From: Rhodospirillaceae bacterium
Lineage (GTDB): Bacteria > Pseudomonadota > Alphaproteobacteria > TMED109
Length of the DNA: 64,000 nucleotides
Direction: 5' to 3'
NCBI GenBank assembly: GCA_038143555.1
Contig: JAYQLZ010000003.1
Span: 40,219 to 104,218 of the forward strand
Shown: positions 51,342 through 62,479 of the stretch, one piece after another
Numbering within the stretch: position 1 is the first letter of the stretch
Layout: each line of letters starts with the position of its first letter
Made by a program: the position numbers and the translations under genes
The notes under the pieces: generated by a model
Seen by the model: only the letters and a program-made list of their open reading frames with translations
Databases searched by the model: none
What the model was told of the DNA's origin: nothing

Positions 51342-52752
51342 TTAGTTACTAATTTTTTTAAAAGCATCAAGAGCTTTTTCTAGATGAAGTATAGTCAATT
51401 ATTGGATGTGGATAATTTACACCTAGAGTAACATTAGCGTCTTTTAAAATTTCTTTATCAGCAAGCCAAGGAGTAAAAATAAACTTATTTGGTAGTTTAG
51501 CAATCTCAGGTAAGTATTTTCTAATATACAAAGCATCCTTATCAAATTTTTGACCTTGAGTAATTGGATTAAAAATCCTAAAAAACGGAGCAGCATCTGA
51601 CCCTGTACCAGCAACCCATTGCCAGCTAGCACTATTATTGGCAAGATCCGCATCTAATAAACAATCCCAAAACCACTTTTCACCTTCCTTCCAATGAATT
51701 AGTAAATTTTTAACTAGAAAAGAAGCTGTTATCATTCTTAACCTATTGTGCATATATCCTGTCTCCCAAAGCTCTCTCATTCCTGCATCTACAATTGGAA
51801 AGCCTGTTTTACCCTTTTTCCATTTTAAAAGGAGCTCATTATTTACATTCCAATCTAATTTATTAAATTGTTCTTTTAAATTTTGCTTATTAATTTTAGG
51901 AAAATGATATAATAAATGATAAGAAAATTCTCTCCATCCTAATTCACTTAAAAAAAGTTTCTTTATGTGAACCAAACATTTTTTTTGGCTTCATGCCATA
52001 CTCTAAATGGTGAAATTTGCCCCCAATGTAAATAAGCAGAAATTTTAGAAACACTATTTTTGTTAGGAAAGTTTCTACCTTCATTATAATCATTTGCTCC
52101 GTTTTCTAAAAAATTATTGAAAGTATTTTTTGCTGCAGTCTCTGATACATTCCATATTTTTTCAAACTTTGAATACCATTTGTCTTTACTGCTTTGAAAC
52201 TTAAATTGGTAGATATTGTCTTTTTTAAAAAGTTTTAAGAAGGTTAGTTCTTTTGGTTTATTAAAAGGTATTCTTGGTTGATCTGTTTCAAGACAACCTT
52301 TTTTGAAAAAAGGAGTAAAAACTTTATAAAAGTTTCCACTTTTATTTTTAATTTTCCATGGCTCCCATAACAGACTAGAATTAAAAGACTCCGCAGAAAC
52401 ATCAAGTTTTCTTATCTCTTTTTTTAAGAACGTATCTGCAGCTATCCTATCTGGTTCATAGCATCTATTCCAATAAATATGCTTAACTTTTTCCTCTTTA
52501 ATAATGTTGGTAATAATTTCTAGGCTATCACCTTCTAAAACATTTAAATTTTTGATTAAGATCTTTATTTAATGAAATCAACGATTTTTCTAACCACCAA
52601 TGACTAGCTTCTCCTATTTTATTATATTCTTCTAAATTTCTATCAAATATAAATAGAGGAATTATTCTTTTGTGTTTTGCTGCTTCTATTAGAGCTGGAT
52701 TATCATCTAATCTAAGATCTTTTCTAAACCATAAAATACAAGTATCACTCAT
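51342..52752 (-). CDS. phrB: Deoxyribodipyrimidine photolyase (frameshifted)
   Basis: WFRKDLRLDDNPAL, WREFSY, TGFPIVDAGMRELWETGYMHNR, DAAPFFRIFNP. Confidence 0.93.
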
Positions 52753-52784
52753 ATACTTTCTACGAACAGAATTAAAAAAAGGTT

Positions 52785-53393
52785 TTACGTATTAATAGCT
52801 TTTTGAAAAGCTTCTCTTTCATTTATTAAGTTCAAATAGTTTTTTATATTTATCATTTCATCAGGCACACATTTAAGTTTATTAGACATAAACAATGAAT
52901 GTCCTAACATAAAGTCCACTCCTGAGAACTTATCTATTAAGTATTTATTTTTTTCTAAAAGTTGGTTTACAGGAAGCAAAGCTTTTGTTAAAAGATTTTT
53001 TGCTTGTCGCAGCACCTCTTCATTTCTTCTTTCTTCTGGTAATATTAAGGTATGAACTACTATGGTATTCATAGGCGGCATTATCATGCCTTCACAATAA
53101 TGAAACCATTGTAAATAATTCGGGAAAGCTGGATCAGATAGTTTAGGTTTAAGTTCGCCATTACTATGTCTAGCTATTAAATATTCTATAATAGCTCCTG
53201 ATTCATATATAGTAATTTCTTCATCTTCTAATACTGGTACCCTTCCTAAAGGATGCCTTTTTCTATGTTCATCTGACTTAAGCTCCGATGGATGAAATTT
53301 AATTTTATTTAGATTATATTCTAATTGTAATTCTTCAAGAAGCCATAATACTCTTTGAGCTCTTGAATTACTACTGAAATGCAAAGTCAACAT
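52785..53393 (-). CDS. Glutathione S-transferase
   Basis: SRAQRVLWLLEEL, HPLGRVPVL, ESGAI. Confidence 0.92.
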   Translation of the reverse strand: MLTLHFSSNSRAQRVLWLLEELQLEYNLNKIKFHPSELKSDEHRKRHPLGRVPVLEDEEITIYESGAIIEYLIARHSNGELKPKLSDPAFPNYLQWFHYCEGMIMPPMNTIVVHTLILPEERRNEEVLRQAKNLLTKALLPVNQLLEKNKYLIDKFSGVDFMLGHSLFMSNKLKCVPDEMINIKNYLNLINEREAFQKAINT

Positions 53394-53431
53394 ATATTAT
53401 TTTACATTTTTTTTTTTTATAAGTTAAAGTC

Positions 53432-54862
53432 TTAATTGTCAGGATCAATATATCCTGAGAGACCTCTAACATTTTCATTAAATTTAAGATTTTTATGTAT
53501 TGGAGGAAAGCCCTTTGTCTACAGTTTTCTCTTTCACATGTTCTACATGATAAGTCCCGTAGGTACAGAATATTTTTCATCTAAATTATCAGCATAAATA
53601 CAATCTTTACTATGACTAATATCAAAACCTAATCCTATGGAAAAAAAGGTTTCTGGAGAACGATAATCTCCAATTCTTTTACTAACAGTTCTAGCCAGGC
53701 ATACAAAAGTTTTTCCATCTAGCATTTTTGATAACTGTACTTTAATTTTTCCAGGATTAAGGAATGCAGAATAAACATTCCACCTAGGACACGCCACGGA
53801 ATATCTAGGTATTTTTAATCCAGACAAAGAGAATCTTTTTGATACGTTACCAGCTATATCTACCCTCATAAAATGAAATGGTATACCCTCATTGCCAGGC
53901 TTTTGTAATGTAGTAAGTCTATGACAAACTTGTTCAAAAGAGGTTTCGAATCTATTAGAAAGCATATCAATATCATACCTGTGTTTCTTAGAATATTTTA
54001 AAAAATTGTCATATGGCATTAATAAACATGATGCAAAGTAATTTGCCAAAACTGTTTTTCCTAATGCTAATGTATTATTATCCGTAATACCCTCTTTTTT
54101 AAGCTTAGCTTCAATACTATCTTTTCCTATAATTAGTCCTAATTGATGAGCAATTAAAAATTCTTTACTTTCCCTAGAAAGCGCATTAGAAATTTTTAAA
54201 ATTTTTTTTTCGGCTATATATTTTTTAACAAAATTATTATGTAAATTTTCTTCTTCAAATTTAATATTAATAGAAAATTTTTTTTCTAAAAAATCAATCA
54301 TGCTCCTAAGTCTATTTCCATTATTGAAATCAATTGCAGGTAATTCTTTTTCTGAAATTTCTTCTATATCTGAAAAGTAATTATTATTTGATTGAAGCAT
54401 ATCTGATATAAAGTCAGCGCTAGACTTTTCTGAACCAACAGTATCAGAGATTTCTTGTTTTACTGAAATCATTTGATCAGCTAACTCGCCTAAGTCTTTT
54501 TTATGTTGTAAATATTTATCATATAATGTTCTGACTGCATCACCTACTATTGGTGAATTTACACAAAAATCTTTAATATCATTATTTTTCAACTCATGCT
54601 CTTCAAATATATTATCACTAAAAATATCCATGAGGTCTGAATTTAATTGCTTATTATAATCATTTGTTAATTCTGAGAGTTCTATATTAAATAGTTTTGC
54701 TACTTTTAAAAGTATTGGAACTGTAATACTTCTTCTATTGTTTTCTATGAGATTGATGTATGCAACAGAGATATCTAATTTGTTAGCTAAGTCTCTTTGA
54801 GTTAAGCTTTGCCCTCTTCTCAATCTTCTAACTACTACACCTAAATTTGAACTAATTTCCAT
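53432..54862 (-). CDS. XRE-family short-chain fatty acyl-CoA regulator (ScfR/RamB/PrpR type; frameshift near 3' end)
   Basis: HTH ISVAYINLIENNRR, AHQL, SFEQVCHRLTTLQ.PG, RVDIAGN.SKRFS, ACPRW, C-terminal CRTCERENCRQRAF. Confidence 0.92.
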
Positions 54863-54864
54863 AA

Positions 54865-54965
54865 TTTACAATAATTTACATTTTTACAAAATTTTACAAT
54901 ATAATTATTAACAAAAAATTACTTAATATTCAAACTTTTTACTTGATTATTGTAAAAAAATTTAC
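54865..54965. promoter_or_regulatory. Cluster of TTTACA/TGTAAA repeats, putative ScfR-family operators
   Basis: TTTACA at 54865, 54875, 54883 and 54893; inverted GTAAA-AAAA-TTTAC at 54952-54965. Confidence 0.55.
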
Positions 54966-54971
54966 TATTAT
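54943..54971 (+). promoter_or_regulatory. Putative sigma70 promoter
   Basis: TTGATT-17 bp-TATTAT, with the inverted operator filling the spacer. Confidence 0.55.
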
Positions 54972-54977
54972 ACAAAA

Positions 54978-55048
54978 ATAGAGTTTAGTAATTATATCAT
55001 TACTCCTCCCTAGTAACAATATTCACAATTACTAAACTCTTTCCTTTT
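54978..55048 (+). ncRNA. Candidate small RNA with anti-SD CCUCCCU loop
   Basis: Perfect 14-bp stem 54980-54993/55027-55040, inner TTACT/AGTAA stem closing a CCTCCCT loop, T-rich tail, starts just after the promoter. Confidence 0.55.
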
Positions 55049-55080
55049 AAAAATAAATTAAATCTGCATAATGTTATTTG

Positions 55081-55511
55081 ATGGAAAATAATATTGAAAA
55101 AAAAGCTAATCAGGTTGGTAACTTTCTAGTAAGAGCTTTTCATTATCTGGCTTTATTTGCAATCGGTTCTGCAATTGTTTGGTCAGCATTTTTTACTTTT
55201 TTAGACTTATCAGAAAAACCTCGGCAAGCATTGAAGATATTTTATTGTTATTTATATATTTAGAATTAGGAGCGATAGTAGGCATATATTTTAAAACTGA
55301 CCATATGCCGGTAAGGTTTTTAATTTATGTTGCTATTACTGCATTAACTAGAATGTTATTAGAATATTTAAATGAATGGCATAATTCACCTACAGGACAA
55401 ATTGATTATGAGATTTTAATTATATGCGGAGGTATAGTTTTACTATCAATAGGTATATTTATACTAAGGTATGCCTCTCATAATTATCCTTCTAGTACTG
55501 ATAAAAAATAA
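55081..55511 (+). CDS. PsiE-like membrane protein (frameshifted)
   Basis: EDILLLFIYLELGAIVGIYFKT.HMPVRFLIYVAITALTR. Confidence 0.85.
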
Positions 55512-55514
55512 TTT

Positions 55515-55529
55515 GTTCTATATTTGTTC
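55515..55529 (+). promoter_or_regulatory. Alphaproteobacterial LexA (SOS) box
   Basis: GTTC-TATATTT-GTTC is an exact GTTC-N7-GTTC; abuts the -35 of TTGATA(55530)-17 bp-TATAAT(55553). Confidence 0.7.
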
Positions 55530-55565
55530 TTGATATTTTTTATTTAGATCTTTATAATTATTTCT

Positions 55566-55739
55566 ATGGATAATTATGATTTATATAAAATTTGGTACGT
55601 TATTATGAAAGCCTTAGAATACGGACCACTTAAAAATGATATTATTCATCTTGATCAAATTATAGAAAACAAAGTTGCCCACCACCATATCAAATATAAA
55701 GGCAAGAAATTTTATGTTAAGATAACAAATAAATCTTGA
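55566..55739 (+). CDS. 57-aa hypothetical protein, likely leaderless and SOS-regulated
   Basis: Intact ORF MDNYDLYKIWYVIMKALEYGPLKNDIIHLDQIIENKVAHHHIKYKGKKFYVKITNKS; ATG follows TATAAT after a 7-nt gap, no SD. Confidence 0.62.
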   Translation: MDNYDLYKIWYVIMKALEYGPLKNDIIHLDQIIENKVAHHHIKYKGKKFYVKITNKS

Positions 55740-55770
55740 AATATAAAACTATGTATATACTATATGTAGT

Positions 55771-55996
55771 ATGTTAAAATATTTTATTATAATAATTAAA
55801 TATATTTTACCTTGTAACCTCTAATGCATTCTCAGATATAAATATAATTAAAAATGGAAAAATTTTAGAGAGTAAACTCTATTCTACAAATGAGGCCACA
55901 TTAATTGTAAGTAATTCAAGAAAAATTTATGTTTGTAGCGTTTCAAACAATTTAACAAAATGTATTTTGTCAAATAAGAAATATAAAATAAATTAA
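55771..55996 (+). CDS. Small exported hypothetical protein (one indel)
   Basis: MLKYFII hydrophobic start, then SNAFSDINIIKNGKILES..YVCSV..TKCIL. Confidence 0.45.
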
Positions 55997-56384
55997 TTAG
56001 TATCTTTGTTAAATTGATTTTTTAGAGACTCAAAAATATTATCCAATCTTTCAGAATTTGAACAATCCGCCACTAATTTAGTGTTATAACTTACATCTAC
56101 AGGAATGCTTGTAAAATGAAACCTGGAAATTCATCACTAACCACTAGTTGAACCTTACTAGACTTTTTTAGGAACATTTCAGCCTTCTTATCTATAAATC
56201 TTGCTAACTTTCCAGATGGAATCGCTTTTACCATAAAAACTTTATCAAAAAATTCACATTTGTTATCTAGGGTAATTTGAACTTTTATAATTTCGTTCTT
56301 CTCTTTTTCAATTTCTAATAATTGTACTATTAAGTAAATTAGTAGTAGAATAGCTACCAATGAGAATATAAATTTATAAACCAT
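55993..56384 (-). CDS. Hypothetical membrane-anchored protein (frameshifted)
   Basis: ORF 56097-56384 with N-terminal TM; shifted frame continues to about 55993. Confidence 0.55.
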
Positions 56385-56411
56385 ACTTAATTAATAAGTA
56401 TAACTCAAAAA

Positions 56412-56693
56412 TTAATAATTGTAATTTGATAGTTCCTTTAATTTCTTAGCTTCTATACCATAAGACTTAGCTATTAAATTAGCTATAACCTTCCTTTGTT
56501 CAATAGGAATATTTACTAAAGCTTTATCCAATACACATTTTCCATCTTTGTAAGCCTTAGAAAACAAGGAGTTGTCTCCTAACCATATTGAAATCTCACT
56601 TTTGCTTTTGTCATTAACATCTTCGTTGCAAGCTAATGAGAGATTTGTAAATAATAAAGCAACCAAAATAACAAAGATCTTTAAATATTTCAT
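56412..56693 (-). CDS. Hypothetical exported protein
   Basis: 93-aa ORF, signal peptide ending SLA, AAGGA RBS. Confidence 0.65.
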   Translation of the reverse strand: MKYLKIFVILVALLFTNLSLACNEDVNDKSKSEISIWLGDNSLFSKAYKDGKCVLDKALVNIPIEQRKVIANLIAKSYGIEAKKLKELSNYNY

Positions 56694-56823
56694 GTTTTTT
56701 TCCTTTTAATAATTTATTTTAATATACTGTTAAATAATATTTTAATAATATAACAAAGTTTACAATATTTATACCAAATATGAATAAAATACATAAAATA
56801 AAGGTTTTCTATGTTAAAAAAGT

Positions 56824-57723
56824 TTACATTATTATTTGTAAATTTGTAAATTTTGTAAAATTAATAATAAAATTTACACCACATATAATAATTATTACGG
56901 AAAATATTTTTCTTAGATTAACTTCTTCTTTAAATATGAAATAGCCAAAAACTAAAGACAAAACAATACCTATCCCTCTTTTAAGAGACTCTAACTCCGC
57001 AACAAAAACATATTGTAAAGCCATTAATTGAATAAATGCAGTTAAAAAACCTAATATTATAATTAAGAAAAATATAAGATCATAATCCATCTTTTTCATT
57101 AAAGTAGATTTATATTTATTGCTATTCAAAAGTATTAATGGAAATAAAAGCAACATACCAAAAGACTGTAAAAAACCATGTAGATATACACCAGTATATT
57201 TTAAACATTCCTTATCTAAAACAGGAGTTAAACTCCAAATAAGTGAAACTATCAATATATATAATAAATTCTTATTATTTAAATAATTATAATTAATTGA
57301 TAACTTTGTTTGAGAATTAAATTGTGAACTATGTAAAGTTAATGACCCTACTACTATAAAAAGCATACCTATATATTGTATAAATACTAATTCTTCATTT
57401 AAAATTAACTTTGAGTATATTGCTGAAAAAAGGAGTAAAACTAAGCATTGGAATATAAATACTAATTTTTCCTGACTTTAATACTAATAAAAATAAATAA
57501 AGAGATAAAACATTTAAAACAACTAAAAATAAACCAAGCAAAGAATAAGCACGTAGATTAATTTGCAAATTAGATATAACTAATAAACAAGAGAAGAAAA
57601 AAAATTGAGATAAAATAATTATAAATATTACTTTTAATGCCGAATTATTTTCTACAGCCTTTTTCTAACCACATCAAATAAAGACCATAAAAAAGCTGAA
57701 AATATAGCTAATAATATACCCAT
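56824..57723 (-). CDS. EamA/DMT-family transporter (frameshifted)
   Basis: Multi-TM; WSLFDVVRK-like start, WSLTPVLDK, ESLKR, IFKE. Confidence 0.78.
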
Positions 57724-57726
57724 ATT

Positions 57727-58851
57727 AAATAAAAATTAGATAAAGTAGAATTAAAATTGTTATGATAATTAATGGATAAATTAAATATAGTAAACACCCC
57801 TTCATTTTACTAAAGACTAAAAATATTTGGTAAATCTGTGATTTCATTTAACCAATTTTGTTTTGGTTTTTTTTTCCATTTAATATTTTAAAAAAATCTT
57901 TGCCTTTACTATTCAAATTTAATTTACTATCTTCATTTGCTAAAGTTGCCAAATTATATATCCATGCTCTAAGAGTTATCCAAGGATTGTATCCACCACC
58001 TCCCATAACTATTATATTTTTTGATAAATTTTTAAACTTTTCAATAGTGAATTTCATAGAATTATTAGTCAAACATAGTTTTGACATATGATCATCAATT
58101 AAACAATCTGCTCCCATTTGTAAAATTGCTATTTCAGGTTTAAATTTTTTTATTTTCATTTCTATTTTTTTTTCAAAAATATCTTTAAATTCAGTATCAT
58201 TAAATCCTTCCTCTACAGGAAAGCTTATAAAATTATCTTCATAAAAATAATCACCATTCCTTGGCCAAAGATTTTTTGATGTATTGAAATAGTAAGAATA
58301 TCCTCACTAGATTTAAAATACTCCATAACTCCATCTCCATAATGAGCATCCATATCGAAGTAAACTATTTTTTTAATATTATTTTTTTTTAGATATAAAA
58401 TACAGGTAGCTATATCATTAAAATAACAAAAACCTGATGCTTTATTTTTTTTTCCGTGGTGAGCTCCCGACCCAGGAGAAAAGATATAATTAAATTTTTT
58501 ATTAAGTATTAAATCAGATCCTAATATTAAACTTCCAGTTGCAACAGCATGCCTTCTGTACATTTCTTTAAATATGGGATTGCTTGTAGTACCTATATTA
58601 TATTTTTTCATATTTTCCAAAGTAACTTTTTGTTTTTTTTCAGCCTGATATAAGGCAGTTATATAATCTTTATCATGAAAAATAGATAACTCTTTAACAC
58701 TAGCTATAGAACTTTTATAGTATTTTACATTCTTAAAATTAATTATCTTAGATAAGTCATAAACATTAGAAATTCTTTTCTCTGTGATAGGATGATTTTC
58801 GCCAAAAAGTGAATTTCTATATATATCATTATAAATAAAGGCTACGTTCAT
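57727..58851 (-). CDS. acuC: AcuC/histone-deacetylase-family protein (frameshifted; end approximate)
   Basis: GAHHG..ASGFCYFND, DMDAHYGDG, TISIH, QMGAD..D, GGGGYNPW. Confidence 0.85.
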
Positions 58852-58899
58852 ATAATAAACATATTGACTTTTAAAAAAAAATAAATAGATTAAATTAAT

Positions 58900-60294
<1,395 letters not shown>

Positions 60295-60306
60295 TAAATT
60301 ATAAAT

Positions 60307-60338
60307 AAAAAAAGAGGGTTAAAATACCCTCTTTTTTT
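60307..60338 (+). terminator. Rho-independent terminator after metY
   Basis: A7-GAGGGT-TAAAAT-ACCCTC-T7. Confidence 0.88.
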
Positions 60339-60344
60339 ATAAAA

Positions 60345-60360
60345 TGGCATTAATTTTGCT
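60345..60360 (+). promoter_or_regulatory. Putative sigma54 -24/-12 promoter
   Basis: TGGCATTAATTTTGCT (GG-N10-GC), immediately after the terminator and before an AGGAGG RBS. Confidence 0.7.
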
Positions 60361-60384
60361 TCATTAACTACAGGAGGTTAAATT

Positions 60385-60540
60385 ATGCTTAATATAGAAA
60401 AACTTTTATTGTTAGCAAGAGCAATTTTAAAGTTAGGTTATGCTAAAGAAGCAAAATCATTATATGAAAATTTGCTAAGCATTCAACCTAATCATAATCT
60501 TGCAAAACAAGAGTTAAAACAATTAAAATACATTATATAG
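60385..60540 (+). CDS. 51-aa single-TPR-like protein (not in ORF track)
   Basis: MLNIEKLLLLARAILKLGYAKEAKSLYENLLSIQPNHNLAKQELKQLKYII; AGGAGG RBS. Confidence 0.7.
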   Translation: MLNIEKLLLLARAILKLGYAKEAKSLYENLLSIQPNHNLAKQELKQLKYII

Positions 60541-60551
60541 TGAAATTTTAA

Positions 60552-60732
60552 ATGAATCCTAATATAGTAGTTCATTTACTTATAATTCTAATTATAGGTG
60601 GAGTTTTAATTTATATTTATAGAGCAAATAAAGTTTTTTATAGTTGCTTTACTAATATTATTATTAATAGTTTTATTAATACCAGAATTTCTGATACCTT
60701 TAGAATTATGGGAATATTTACTAAAAAATTAA
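60552..60732 (+). CDS. Small two-TM membrane protein (one indel in a T-run)
   Basis: MNPNIVVHLLIILIIGGVLIYIY, then shifted frame IVALLILLLIVLLIPEFLIPLELWEYLLKN. Confidence 0.45.
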
Positions 60733-61463
60733 TTTTAAATTTTTTTTTATATTTTTTTATATTTTTTACATTTGTTTTCAAAAAATTAAATCAGAAAATC
60801 TAGATTTTGCTAAAAAAGAGTTTCTATTAGGTAATTATGAAAATGCCATTGATATATCATCTAAACTTAACGATTTAGATTCTAAAATATTTCAAGCTAG
60901 AGCTATTTCAGTTTATGCTCACTTTTTTTTAAAAGATGAAGTTGCAAAAAATAAATTCCTTGAAGCTTATGAAATAGTAAAAAAAGTATCTTTAGAAGAA
61001 ACCCAGAATGCTGATATATATCTAGAAGCAGCCCATGCACTTGGTAGATATGGACAAAAAATTGGTATTATGTCTGCAATTACAGAAGGTATAGCAGATA
61101 GAGTAAAAAGATACCTAGATAAAGCATTAAAAATTGATAACTCTCATACTTTAGCTAATTTGTCAAAAGGCTTGTGGCACGCAGAAATAATTAATCAAGC
61201 AGGAAAAACTCTAGCTAAAGCACTTTATGGAGCTAGCCTAAAAAAAGCAAGAAATCATTTTTCTAAAGCTTACAATTCAGGTAAAAAGAAATTAGTATTT
61301 TATATGAGTTATCATATGGATATTATTTGCTTGGAGAGGATGAAGATTTGATGCTAGCAAAAAAATATTTGAAAGAGCTTTCATTAATTGAAAATAAGGC
61401 TCATATTGAAAAAACTTTACAAGAGTAAAGCTATAAAATTACAAAATAAAATTACTCTCCTAA
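60708..61463 (+). CDS. Exported alpha-helical (TPR-like) hypothetical protein (frameshifted)
   Basis: YLEAAHALGRYGQ..AITEGIA..GLWHAEII..LYGAS; hydrophobic N-terminus. Confidence 0.6.
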
Positions 61464-61499
61464 TACTAAATAAAATATATATATTCCGTTATATATATT

Positions 61500-61899
61500 A
61501 TGGTGTTTAATCATAAAATACAAATATACAAGTAACAGTACACCTTACTTAAAGTCTTATGAAACTCAATTATATAGAAAAGGCAGTATAATCTACTCTA
61601 AAGGAGAAAAAATAAATTTTATTTACATCATATTAAATGGAGAAATAGAAAGTTTTTTAGAAAAAAATAAAACTTTAAATTCTAACTTAATACTTAAAAA
61701 AGGTAGCTCTCTTGGCTTAATGGATTTTATACTTAATAGAAATTACAGTAAAACTATGCTTGCAAAAAAAACCTCAGTTTTAGCACTGGTTAATAAAAAT
61801 TACTTTTTAGACTTCTTAAAACCTTTCAAATATGAAGCTATTTTATTAAAAACTCTTGCTATGGACATAGATAATCAAAATAAAAACTTATGGAGTTAA
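61500..61899 (+). CDS. Stand-alone cyclic-nucleotide-binding domain protein (indel near start)
   Basis: Hand translation YRKGSIIYSKGE..IYIILNGEI..KGSSLGLMDFI..YSKTMLA. Confidence 0.7.
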
Positions 61900-61900
61900 A

Positions 61901-62208
61901 TTGAAAAAAATATTTTTTCATAATGAAGCCATAATAAAACGAGGACATCCTATAATAAACTTTTTATAGTAACTAAAGGTAAAGCCAATGTTTTAAACTC
62001 AAATGGTTCTACTATATTAAAAAATATTTGTAGTGGTGAAGTTTTTGGTATTATTGATAATCTAAAAGAAAAAAAATGGAAAAATACTGTGGTTTCTGAA
62101 AATAAAAGTGAAGTACTTGTTATACCAAAAGAAACTTTAATAAAAAAAATATTTACTTCAAAGGAATTTACAGCTTTAACACTGGATTTACTAAAAATGG
62201 CTAAGTAA
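61901..62208 (+). CDS. Second stand-alone cyclic-nucleotide-binding domain protein (indel near start)
   Basis: Hand translation AIIKRG..LFIVTKGKANV..SGEVFGII..NTVVSENKSEVLVIPK. Confidence 0.68.
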
Positions 62209-62214
62209 ACTATT

Positions 62215-62230
62215 TGGCAAGAAGATTGCA
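62215..62230 (+). promoter_or_regulatory. Putative sigma54 -24/-12 promoter
   Basis: TGGCAAGAAGATTGCA (GG-N10-GC) in the 49-bp gap before AGGAG and ATG 62258. Confidence 0.72.
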
Positions 62231-62257
62231 ACTATAATTATAAAATAGGAGCAAAAT

Positions 62258-62464
62258 ATGTCAGAAACAGTTTATCAAAATTTAAAAAATAAATTAGAAC
62301 AACTTTATCAAAGAAACTTTGCTGTAGAAGTTGGTTTTTATGATGACAATGATAATTTACAAAAAGAAAAGTTAATTCCATTAGGTAATTATATTTATGA
62401 CCCTATGCCTTCTATGAGTGAGCAAGAAATAACTGAAAGCTTATGCTCTAGATCATTAAAGTAA
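62258..62464 (+). CDS. 68-aa acidic hypothetical protein
   Basis: Intact ORF with AGGAG RBS; convergent with rpoN. Confidence 0.68.
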   Translation: MSETVYQNLKNKLEQLYQRNFAVEVGFYDDNDNLQKEKLIPLGNYIYDPMPSMSEQEITESLCSRSLK

Positions 62465-62479
62465 AAGTTAGTTATAATA

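Noticed and set aside
55756-55772. NrdR-box-like palindrome ATACTATATGTAGTAT
   Set aside because: About three mismatches to consensus, overlaps a likely -10 element, and no nucleotide-reduction gene is downstream.
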